In this document: positions 25,467 through 36,440 of the stretch, one piece after another
Layout: every line of letters starts with the position of its first letter
Numbering within the stretch: the stretch's first letter is position 1
DNA from: Somniosus microcephalus
Taxonomy: Eukaryota
Length of the DNA: 64,000 bases
Assembly: GCA_052327205.1 (NCBI GenBank)
Contig: CM126210.1
Location: 149,792,001-149,856,000, forward strand
Direction: 5' to 3'
Made by a program: the position numbers and the translations under genes
Notes under the pieces: generated by a model
What the model saw: the letters and a program-made list of their open reading frames with translations, nothing else
The model's database searches: none
Told to the model about the DNA's origin: nothing

Positions 25467-26050
25467 GAGGGATTCTAACTCCCTGTACCTGGTAGTGGAG
25501 TTAAATTTGAGATTGTCATTCCTGCTTGCTTCCCACCTGTCATCACATTGCTTCTAGTGTTTTCATGGGCAGCTAAGGCACCCACCTGAATCAGGCAGAA
25601 GCTTTAAGAATCCACGTAAATCGGGATCCAAACACATCTGTAGGACCTTGACGCAATTTTAAAAGGCCTAATGTGCCGTGGATGCTCTGCTCAGTAAAAC
25701 CTTGTGGGCGCGAGGATGAGGTCTGATAAGGTAAGTGTTTCAATTATATTTGTGGCTCGCAGCAAGAGCAGAGTATGCCTCTGGGCTCTACAAGAATAAT
25801 ATGAGTCACTGTCACCCCGGACTCCTCTCCCTCCTGCAATCGCAACCACGTCCACCCCACCCCACCCCACCCAGACCTATCTTTTCCCTGGCCAACGAGC
25901 TGCAGCGGACCCCGATTCGAGGGAAGGAGCTCACCGGATATATGTCAACGAGACTCGGCCCCCAAAATAGACTGGGCCTCCTGCCACAGGTATTGGGCGG
26001 CCGGCTGGCCCGCTCCACCAGCCAGGTAAACAAGGGGAGGTGCTGAACTT
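25467..26050. mobile_element. Old non-coding insertion, probably a Harbinger-type MITE
   Basis: Interrupts the LINE, is GC-richer than its flanks, and has an internal AGGTAAGT followed by a motif similar to 34750-34800. Termini degraded. Confidence 0.45.
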
Positions 26051-26829
26051 TCCCTTGTTTGAAATGGTCATTACCTGGTACTTACGTGACACAAATCTTA
26101 CCTGTCACTTGTCCACCCAAGTCTGGATGTTATCAAGGTTCTGCTGTAGGCTGGCATGGGCTGCTTCATTACTGGAAGAGTTGTGAATGGAGTTGAGCAC
26201 TGGAATCGTCAGCAAACAGCCCCACTTCTGACCTTATGATGGAGAGAAGGTCAGCGATGAAGCAGTTGAAGAATGTTGAGCTAAGGATGTTTCCTTGAGG
26301 AACTACTGCAGTAATGTCTTAGGGCTGTGATGACTGGCCTCAGACAACCACGATCATCTTCCTTTGTGTCGGGTATGACTCCATTGGAGGGTTTTCCCAG
26401 TGATTCCCCGACTGATTCTGTTTTTCTAAGGCTCCATCGTGGCATGCTCAATTGAATGCTGCCTAGATGTCAAGGGCAGCTACTCGCACCTCTCCTCTGG
26501 CATTCGGCTTTTGTCTTCTTGTCTAGATCAAGACTATGATTAGGTCTGGAGCCAAATGGTTCTGGCTGAACCTGAACTTAGCATCGGTGAGCAGTTATTC
26601 ATGAGTAGGTGTTACTTCATGATGCTACTGACTCCTTCCATCACTTTACTGATGATTGGGAGGAAGCTGATAGGGTAGTAATTGGCCAGGTTAGATTTGT
26701 CCTGTTTTTTGTACTAGAGCAGCTTGGCTAAAGGAGTGGTTATCAGTGATACACAGGTCTTCATCACTACAGCCAGAATGCTGTCAAGGCCCACTGTTTG
26801 AACAGCCATCTTTCCAATTAATCTGGGCT

Positions 26830-28960
26830 AGAACCCCTTCTATCCCATTGAAATCTAACCTATGACTGTACCTCATTTGCTTTATCTGTTTTCAATGTGA
26901 ACCTATTAAAGTTTTAGTCACTATTTCCTAAATATTCTTCGACTTTAAGGGCACTTATTCTGCTTCATTACCCGGAGCTAGATCCAGCACTGCATACTTC
27001 CTTCTACGTCCCACATAATTATAACTCTAAATTGCCAAATATCTCATCCTCAATTTCTTTCCAATTATTTGAAGTGGTTTATAATGTACTTCCAAAATGT
27101 TAACCCAACTCTTATTTTTTTAACTCAACCCAGACAGACTCTGTCTGAGCACCACTATTATTTAATAACTTTCCTTTCTATGGGTGAAATTAGGGCCCTA
27201 AATTTCAGTACAGCCAGCGATACTCCTGGCCTAAGTCAGTTGGGGATTGCAGCTTGACCACAGGGAAAGTGTCGAGTATCCAGATACACCGTGACTCAGC
27301 CCATGCCGTGAGTTTGTGTTGGGGCCTGTTTGGGGCTGAACCTCCATCTGCCCCAAACAAGGCCAATGACATTGTAGGAGACGGGACCAGGCGAAGGAGT
27401 CCCCACATGCAGCATTTCCTTGGCCCTGATCTCTCTAATTCCCAGTGACTTGGATATTTTTTCTTTTCAGCCCCCTTACAAAGGGGCATATTTTAACATT
27501 TCTTCCTGGCCGATGGCACCAGCTGTTCATTGAGCAGTTTTCTGGTGCCACTTTTCCTGACCGCCCTTCCTCCGGCAAATGCCCAAGATACACCCATAGT
27601 GGCAGTGGCGCCACTTCCATACCAGTGTATCCCTGACCCTGGGTACTCTGGCGGGGGCTTTGGCACCTACTCTACCACACTTACGTTAGCTTAGCCATGT
27701 GTCTTTAATTGGTAAGGCCACCTTTTTCACTTTTCTATCTCTCCTGAAAATTTGTCCCTCCATTCTTACTAGTGCCTCTAGTTCTCGGACTTTCTTTCTA
27801 ATGCTTTGCCTATTTGCATACAAACACTGCAACCCTGGCACATTCATATTCTTCATTACCCTGTTGCCTTTTTTTTTCTTATTCTTTCCTTCACTATCCA
27901 TCTCTTTAATCTCTCTCCTATCAGCTCTAAGGTAGATCTCTCCATATCCTCCTTCACTTCAAGCTTACCGCTTTAGATTCCTTTGCCTTTTCACTATGCT
28001 TATTTTTAGCCCCTCTCCCGTGTGCTTTTTAAGATTTGCCTCTTCCTCCTGCACTATTTACCCTCTCTGAAAGGACACTTGTGCACGTCAGTTTAATGAA
28101 TCCCATCCCATCGATCATGATTTTCCCTGCTTTTTCCCATTGTTTTATAAATCTGAAACCCTCTTTTCTGTACCATCTGTCAAACCATGCATTGTTGTGT
28201 CTAAACTCCTCCTCCCTAACTGGCCTAGCACATGGCACCGGGGGTAATGCTAGCTTGGAGATTGTGATCTTTAACCTAACTCTTCAAACTCTCTTTGCAA
28301 GACCTCCGTCATGTTCTTCCCTATGTCATTGGCGCTAACCACAATTTCAGGATGTGCACCTTTCCCTTCCAGAATCTTCTCAGCATGTTCCATTGAATCC
28401 CTTAGCCTGGTGTTGGGAGGCAGCAAATGATGCAGGACACAGTCGTGGCTGCAATAAATGCTATTTAACTTTATACAGATAGAATCCCCATTGTGGGTAG
28501 AAATCCCTCTAACTATAACTTGCCTTCTTCCTCCAAGTAACGTTTTGCTCCATAGAGCAGTGGAGTTGCTTCTGATTTTGATCCCTTGTATCACCATTCT
28601 TGCCTGCGTCACACAGCACCTATCAGGGAACTTCTCCAGCAACCTCCAGTACTGCCTCCACCTGAGTGCTCCTCCCTCTCTCCAGAGGATGGTCATCTAC
28701 TTCCGTTCCTCTAGCCTATTATTCGTCGCCAGCTGTGGGGTGACCACTTCTTACAGTGTGCTTTTCAGGAATTCTTCATCCTCATGTATAGTGCAGTGTG
28801 TCTACAACTTTTCTGAAGTTCAGTAATGTTCAGCTCAACTTAGTTCACCTGGAGAAACTTACTGCAAATTTAGTTGTCGTGGGAACTCATCATTTCCAGA
28901 AACTCACATATCATGCAAGTTCTGTACACCACTGGTTTCCATTGTCCAGCCATACCAAAC
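26830..28960 (-). mobile_element. Old CR1 5' region (ORF1 esterase plus endonuclease start), with a MITE-like insert at ~27194-27670
   Basis: LQCLYAN.QSIRKK endonuclease start; esterase remnants NDIGKN..EVLQREFEELG and N.WFDRWYRKEGFRF. GGCCCTAAATTTC TIR-like start near 27194. Confidence 0.65.
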
Positions 28961-29957
28961 AGATTCAAATGGAACATACCATCGAGCTGCGACACTTCTA
29001 TGCCTCACTCTAGTTTGGGACAAACTCTAGTGACTCGGTTGTCTTCTCAACCTTTCTGGCCTCATGCAGCTCAACTGCCCCCAGCTTGTATAATCTAATT
29101 AAATCCACTCAAAACACAGATTCAGCACAATCAAACAATTCAAACACAGGTACCAGTTTCATACAACCATTCATCAATATCCCACCCAGCCACCGTACTT
29201 TCACATTTAACTAATAGGCAGCTTGTCAGTCAGGCAGAGCTTGCAAAAGCTTCATTCCAAATATTGGGAAATTTGGCAGAATCAACTTAATTCTCATGTT
29301 CCATGCATACCTAATGAGCCTACCACTTAAAGCGGGGAGGAATGATCAACACAGGTGTAAAGCCCATCTGCAGAATTGCACTTGTTGAGTTTTAAATGAG
29401 ATGTGGCTGGGAGCCGCGGCCACCCAACCTCCCAGTAACTGCATTCCCCAGTCGAAAGGATACAGCCAGTCAGAAAGGTCCCCCTATTGTGTTTACACGA
29501 GGTGCCATGGAGTGACACTAACATTGTGGAGCATGCAACATCAGCTGGTTGCTCTGGAGACCTCTTTCAGGTGACGTGTAATTTCTGCCATCTTTATACA
29601 TTTGCTAGTTGTTTTCTTGGAGAAACTGCTTCAATTAATTAGTTTCGTTCTCGTGTTTTTATTGTGCTTAGTTTAGTTGCCAGAGAAATGTAAAGAGAAA
29701 CAGCTGCTTTCTGTTTAAAAGGGCTGGAATGAAAATAGTTCCATGAAAATCATTCAAGATGGGTATTACCTCACCAGTGCTGAATAATACAGACCATGAT
29801 ATAAAAACATTTTAAATTTATATCACTGAATATAAAGTGAACAGATTTAAACTCTCTTTACATTCAGCCAATTTTGTCTCTTCAAGTATTTATTGTATTT
29901 GTATATAAATATATCCTATACTGCATACCACAATTTTAGCTGAAACTTATAGAATGA

Positions 29958-31358
29958 CTAGCTGAAGTGCCCAGCGGTGCCGAGGCTTTTTCGAGGGCAT
30001 GTTGTTGTTGGAAGAGAGAGAGAGAGAGCGACTGGGGGGAAGAGAGAGAGCGACTCGGGGGAAGAGAGGGAGGGGAGGGGTGGGGGGAAGAGAGGGAGGG
30101 GAGGGGGGAGGGAGGGGAGGGGGGAGGGAGGGCGGGGGGGGAGGGGAGGGGGAGGGGGAGGGCGGNNNNNNNNNNNNNNNNNNNNNNNNNNNNNNNNNNN
30201 NNNNNNNNNNNNNNNNNNNNNNNNNNNNNNNNNNNNNNNNNNNNNNNNNNNNNNNNNNNNNNNNNNNNNNNNNNNNNNNNNNNNNNNNNNNNNNNNNNNN
30301 NNNNNNNNNNNNNNNNNNNNNNNNNNNNNNNNNNNNAGGGCGGCGGGCGCCCCCCCGGAGGTGAAGACCGCCGATTGCGCGCGCAGCAGGAGCTGAGACG
30401 CGGCGTCTCTCTCGGCCGGCGGGCCCGGTTGCCAGGGCAACCGTGACGCTGACCAAGCCAGAGAGAGAGACGCCGCGTCTCAGCTGCTCCTGCTGCGCGC
30501 GCGCCCCCCCCCCCCCGAGGGTCGCGGCCCCCCTCCCCCCCCCCCCCCCCCCCCCCCCCCCCGAGGGTCGCGGCCCCCCTCCCCCGAGGGTCGCGGCCCC
30601 CCCGAGGGTCGCGGCTGGCCGCCCCCCCCCCCCCCCCGAGGTGAAGACCGCCGATTGCGCCCGTTGCCAGGGTAACGCTGGACGCTCAGCAAGCCCCGGC
30701 AGAGAGAGACGTCTCAGCTCCTGCTGCGCGCGCACCCTAGCGGCGCCGGCTGAGGCTCGGCCCTCCAGCCTTCGAGTGGGGCCGGGAGGTGCCTAGCTCG
30801 GGCGTGGGTGCGGAGGAGACGCCGAGGCTTCTAGGCCTACCTGGAAAAACGGGGAAAGGTAGGAAAATTAATGAGATTAGATAAGATAATTACTTTCTAA
30901 ATCATTTTTTTAAAAAACAATATGTGTTTTAAAAGCAACGTTTTTTTTTAAGACGCAGAAAGCGGGAAAAAGAAAGGAAAAGTTTGGAATCAAGATGGCG
31001 GCGACTCACCTCGGTTCAGAACGATAAAGCCCGGCCACACGCGCACCGATTGGCCCGGCGGCACACGCCAGCAACCCGGCGTACGATTGGTCGAGCTCGA
31101 GGTCACTCTGTCGCTAATGAGCGGATAATGAGATGCTAATGAGCGGAATGTTGAAGGTTTTTGGGATACCGCGGGCGCAATTTTAGCCCAGCCGAAACGT
31201 AAATACGCTTAAAACCGTCTCGGAAGCGTAAGCTTTCTTTGGAGGTAACGCGCGCGTAGGTACGCCCTGTAACTTTTGAGTGCATACCCGCAACGCACAC
31301 GCGATGACAGACAGATAGACAGAATGACAGAAGTACCGATTTATATATATAGAGAAGA
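29958..31358 (-). mobile_element. Non-autonomous Helitron, copy 1 (contains an assembly gap)
   Basis: Minus-strand 5' TCTTCTCTATATATATAAA and 3' hairpin plus CTAG; inserted between A and T with no TSD. Near-identical to 55042-56474. Confidence 0.9.
30166..30336. other. Assembly gap (171 N)
   Basis: Run of N inside a G-rich low-complexity tract. Confidence 0.99.
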
Positions 31359-31584
31359 TATACAGTATGAAGTGCTGAACATTTGAAATATTGTTTTGAC
31401 AGATTCAGCCTATTTACAAATTTAAATAGAACTACCTCAACCTACATGCAATAAACCATCTTATATACTTTTTCATAAATAATGTTTACCCGTTCCAAAA
31501 ATAATATTTCTGTCTTTTGCCCCTGACTTTAAATCAGTTTGTCTTGAGAGAATGTGTGTATGCTGTACAGCTTTTTTGAAATAT

Positions 31585-31795
31585 CCTCGCCAACATTTAT
31601 TCCTCAACCAACATTACTAAAACAGATCATGTGTTAATGATCACATTCCTGTTTGTGGGAGCTTGCTGTGTGCAAATTGGCTGCCGTGTTTCCTACATTA
31701 CAACAGTGACTACACTTCAAAAAGTATTTCATTGGCTGTAAAACGCTTTGGGATATCCCAAGGTCGTGAAAGGTGCTTTATAAATACAAGTCCTT
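31585..31795 (+). mobile_element. 3' half of a DeuSINE-like (SacSINE1/AmnSINE-type) SINE
   Basis: Reverse-complement match to 45140-45330; L2-type tail AAAGGTGCTTTATAAATACAAGT. Confidence 0.75.
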
Positions 31796-32129
31796 CTTTT
31801 CTTTCAAGCTATCTTTACTGTTGGCAATCATAATGTGGTTTCACAATATTGCAGAAAAATGTTGGAAAAGAGCCAAATCTGAGCTGGAGGTATAATTAGG
31901 AATAATTATTAGGGTCTCCAACAACAGCTAATAGTAGTTGAACAAACTGAGGTTACCTCACATGTTGAATTGGCATTTCAACTTTTACTGGTGTCATACA
32001 TTTATATTATGAACCAGTGTTACATTTTTAAGATTATTCTATAGTCTCAACTTCAGTTTGGATTAAGATGAGTTCTCCAGGTTTAAAAGTATTCCTGTCC
32101 TGATTCATTCATTTATTTGGCTATGTGAA

Positions 32130-33770
32130 CCTCTCCCATCCTGGTCATTACCCCTGATATAGCCTCCATCTTCATTTCCTCAAGTCCAAGGGGTGCAGAC
32201 TTGAGTGTATCTGGTGCACAACTGTTTCAAGCATCCATCACCAGATTTGGATGGACCACATCAAGCACTATCAGGCCTCACTCTTCTCAGCCAAAATGCC
32301 TATTACTCCAGGATCATACCCTCTCCAAACTTAACTCCACAAAACCCACCTCCTACTCCCTTAATTCCATTTGAATGAATTGGCTGACCACCCAACTTCT
32401 TTTCATGGCCCCCATGCTAGCTGACATTGTAAATGATTTCCTCTCTTCAGAGAGCGTCCCTCTCCCTTTCAAAACAGTTGTCACCACTCCCCTCCTAAAA
32501 AAAAAAAACACCCTTGACCCTCTCTGTCCTTGCCCCATCTGCAACCACCTTCCATCTCCAAGGTCCCTTGACTGTGTTGTCAGCTCACAAATTCATGCCC
32601 ATCTTTCCCGTAACTCCATGTTTGAATCTCTCCAATCAGGCTTCCACCTCTGCCATAACACTGAAATGGCCCTAATCAAAGTCACAAATGACATGCTTTG
32701 TGACCATGGTGCTTTATCCCTTTTTATCCTCCCTGACCTTTCTGCAGCCCTTGAAATGGTCAACTACACCATCCTCCTCCAACGCCCTTCCCCTGCTATC
32801 CAGCTCGGTTGGACTCCACGCATTTTGTTCACTCTTACCCTTATCCAATCATAGCAAGAGCATCTCCACCAAGCGCTTTCCTTCCCACCCTGCACCGTTA
32901 CCTATCGAAGCCCCCAAGGATCTAACCTTGGCCCCTTACTCATCCTCATCTACATGCTGGCAACATGATCCAAAGATATGGGATCAGCTTCTACATGTAC
33001 GCTGACGACACCTACCTCTACCGCTACCTCTCCTCCACCTCTCTCAACTATACAACTGCCTCTGTGCTATCAGACTGGTTGTTCGACATCTAGTCTTGGA
33101 TGAGTGTCAGTTTCCTCCAGTTAAACATTGGGAAGACCGCAAATTCCTTACCCTTACCACTGATTCCATCCCCCTCCCCGGCCACTATCTCAGGCTAAAC
33201 CAGTTCACAACCTCGGCATCCTATTCAACCTTGAGCTGAGCTTCCCATATCTCCTACATCACAAAGCCCGGCTACTTCCAACTCTGTAACATCACCTATC
33301 TCCAACCCTGTCTCAGCCCATCTGCTGCCAAAATTCTCATTCATGTGATTGTCACCTCCAGACTCGACTATTCCAAAGCTGACCTCCCGTTCTCCACACT
33401 GCACTCTCATCCAAAACTCTGTTGCTTGTATCCTATCCCGCACCAAGTCCTGCTCACCATCACTCCTGCCCATTGGCTCCCGGTCCTCCAACTGCTGCAA
33501 CATAAAATTCTCATTGTTGTATTTAAATCCCTCATGGCCTCATCCCTCCTATCTCTGTAACCTCCTCCAGCCTTGCATCTCCCCCCCCAAATAGATCTCT
33601 CCCATCCTCTGACTCTGGACTTTTGTCTATTCTTCCCTCCCTTTGCCCCCCCCCCCCCCCCCCATTGGCAGCCGTGCTTTCAGCCGCCTAGGTGCCACGC
33701 TCTGGAATTCCTTCCCTAAACCCCTCCAACTCCTCCTTTAAGACCATGCTTAAAACGCACCTCGTTGACC
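32130..33770 (+). mobile_element. Degenerate L2 LINE
   Basis: FESLQSGF...TEMALIKVTND, DLSAA, YADDT and VTSRLDY motifs with many indels. Confidence 0.85.
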
Positions 33771-34520
33771 ACACATGGGCACTTACAACAGGAACCATTA
33801 ACTAGTGGGAACCCTTGGCAAATATCCCCACCCTAATATCCAGGGGTGCTGAAGCTAGTTCTAATATTTCTCCTACAGCTTGGCTGAGATCACTCAGTGC
33901 AGACTGTGACACCTGGAATCTTCTGGTCTGTATTGGTCAGCTAGTTTGCTGGATAAACTCACTACAGTAAATCATATGGGAAGTTTTTATGTTTTTTAAC
34001 ATGAAGAGAATCTGTTCCACATTTAAAAATGTGGTCCCAGGAAACTTTCTTTTTGTGCATAGACAATGTTAGGAAAGGTTGTATCAAATAATCCATTTTA
34101 TATTAAAGACTATTTTGTAAAAAAGAAACTGCGCTTCCTGAATCTACCGGCAACAGCATTCTGGAAAATATCCAAAAAATCAGCTCAAGCATTCAAGACC
34201 ATCAGGGCTGATGCAAGCTGTTTTCTTTGCATAGTTCTGACCTGCTCGTGGATAAATCTATCTGTTTGACAACTGTGTGTTTACCTTTTCTATGCTTGTA
34301 CGAGTCAAGACAGTTTTTTTTATGGCCTGAGACCCACTATGTAACTTTCACCCACTGATACCAAATCTGTGGAATGATGAGCTAATGGTAGTCCATGTAA
34401 ACCAAGAGTAAAGCTCACGGAGGAGGTATGATGTAAAGGCCTTTTAGCTGAGGGATAAAAGTGACACTATTGTAACCAAAGTTAGGAAGATCCAGGGACA
34501 GAGCTCAGCAGTTGTAACAT

Positions 34521-34874
34521 GGGGAGTAATTTTAATCCCCCATGAAGGATGGGGGGAGGGAGTAGGTTAAAATTTCAAAAGTCTGAAACTTGCCTCCACT
34601 TCCAGTTTTAATGGAGCAGGCGACTTAACTGCTCTTGAGAGGCAGGTCTGATATTTAAATATGTTAATGAGGCTACATGCCTTAAACTTTAGCAGCCTAT
34701 CAGGTTCATGAAACCCTGCAGCTGAAGGGAGGCGAAAAGGCTTCGATCCATTAGGTAAGTGCCTCTACATTATTGCTTGTGGGCCAGGAGAAGCAGGATT
34801 GCTTCCCCCAGCCACTCAAGCAAGCCTGCTTCCCAACCCATATTCCGATCTCCTACACCGGGCCCTGATCTTAC
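34521..34874. mobile_element. Left part of an old Harbinger-type MITE
   Basis: GGGGAGTAATTTT TIR-like start and internal AGGTAAGT; runs into the minisatellite; no right TIR seen. Confidence 0.45.
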
Positions 34875-35915
34875 CCACGACCTCACCCCGCCCCAAGACC
34901 TCACCCCCGCCCCAAGACCTCACCCCCGCCCCAAGACCTCACCCCCGCCCCAAGACCTCACCCCCGCCCCAAGACCTCACCCCCGCCCCAAGACCTCACC
35001 CCCGCCCCAAGACCTCACCCCCGCCCCAAGACCTCACCCCCGCCCCAAGACCTCACCCCCGCCCCAAGACCTCACCCCCGCCCCAAGACCTCACCCCCGC
35101 CCCAAGACCTCACCCCCGCCCCAAGACCTCACCCCCGCCCCAAGACCTCACCCCCGCCCCAAGACCTCACCCCCGCCCCACGACCTCACCCCCGCCCCAC
35201 GACCTCACCCCCGCCCCAAGACCTCACCCCCGCCCCAAGACCTCACCCCCGCCCCACGACCTCACCCCCGCCCCACGACCTCACCCACGACCTCACCACC
35301 GCCCCACGACCTCACCCCCGCCCCACGACCTCACCCCCGCCCCACGACCTCACCCCCGCCCCACGACCTCACCCCCGCCCCACGACCTCACCCCCGCCCC
35401 ACGACCTCACCCCCGCCCCAGGACCTCACCCCCGCCCCACGACCTCACCCCCGCCCCACGACCTCACCCCGCCCCACGACCTCACCCTGACCTAGGACCT
35501 CACCCCCGTCCCATGACCTCACCCCCGACCCACGACCTCACCCCGACCCACGACCTCACCCCCGCCCCAAGACCTCACCCACGACCTCACCCCCGCCCCA
35601 CGACCTCACCCCCGCCCCACGACCTACCCACGACCTCACCCCACCCCACGACCTCACCCCGACCCACGACCTCAGCCCACCCCACGACCTCACCCCGACC
35701 AACGCTATCACCCACTACCTCACCCCGAACCAACGATCTAACCCCCGCCCCACGACCTCATCCCTGACCCACGACCTCACCCCGACCAACGACCTCAACC
35801 CCAACCAACGATCTCACCCCTGACCCACGACCCCACCCCAACCCACAACCTCATCCATGATCTCACCCCAACCCACGATCTCACCCCTGACCCACGATCT
35901 CACCCCAACCCACGC
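34875..35915. repeat. 19-bp C-rich minisatellite (GACCTCACCCCCGCCCCAA/C)n
   Basis: Directly visible tandem array; homogeneous on the left and degenerate on the right. Confidence 0.97.
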
Positions 35916-35944
35916 TCCAATCTTCCCTTACCCCTCCCATCCCA

Positions 35945-36240
35945 AGAGACAGTGCGAGAATAGATTAGCGACTAACATAGAGGGGAATCCAAACGTCTTC
36001 TATAGGCATATTAACAGTAAAAGAGCTATCGGAGGAGCAGTGGGGCCGATTTGGGACCAAAATGGAGAACAATTGGTAGAGGCAGAAGACATGGCTGATG
36101 TACTAAATGAGTACTTTGCATCGGTGTTTACCAAGGAAGAGGACTTTGCCAAAGCTATGGTAAAAGAGGAGGTACTAGAAAGGGTGGCTGTGATTTAAGT
36201 GGATAAGTCACCTGGTCCGGGTGGCACTGAGGGAAGTAAG
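35945..36240 (+). mobile_element. CR1 fragment
   Basis: NIEGNPNVFYRHINSKR...DMADVLNEYFASVFTKE. Confidence 0.8.
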
Positions 36241-36347
36241 TGTAAATAAGACCACAAGAAATAGGAGCTGGAGTAGACCATTTTGCCCTTTGAGCCTGCT
36301 CTGCCATTCAATAAGATCATGGCTGATCTTCTACCTCAACTCCTATC

Positions 36348-36440
36348 GGGAACGGTTGCATAGTGGTTATGTTACTGGACTAGTAATCCAGAGGACTGGA
36401 CTTATGATCCAGAGGCATGTGTTCGAATCCAACCTAGGGA
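36348..36440 (+). promoter_or_regulatory. tRNA(Thr-AGT)-like Pol III internal promoter with a duplicated anticodon arm
   Basis: A-box-like TTGCATAGTGG at 36356-36366 and B box GTTCGAATCC at 36421-36430. Hairpins CTGGA-CTAGTAA-TCCAG (36375-36391) and CTGGA-CTTATGA-TCCAG (36396-36412). Confidence 0.78.

Larger units (their letters stand above)
24705..26800 (-). mobile_element. Old 5'-truncated copy of the LINE family at 36348-41724, with two internal insertions
   Basis: Reverse-complement similarity to ~37900-38950 and 41205-41670; interrupted at 24876-25028 and ~25467-26050. Confidence 0.8.

Noticed and set aside
29947-30796. Gly/Pro/Arg-rich ORFs here and at 55677-56806
   Set aside because: Low-complexity Helitron interior, partly running through N; the end of the 374-aa ORF is simply the resumed CR1 endonuclease.
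29951-31328. AGAATGAC at 29951 and 31321 as a possible TSD
   Set aside because: The second copy is inside the Helitron (it is also present in copy 2); the true ends fit an A|T insertion without TSD.
34759-35767. Long Pro-rich ORFs (243 and 322 aa)
   Set aside because: They are translations of the stop-free 19-bp minisatellite.
36348-36440. Functional tRNA-Thr gene
   Set aside because: Duplicated anticodon arm, poor acceptor stem, no oligo-T terminator, and it continues directly into a LINE.
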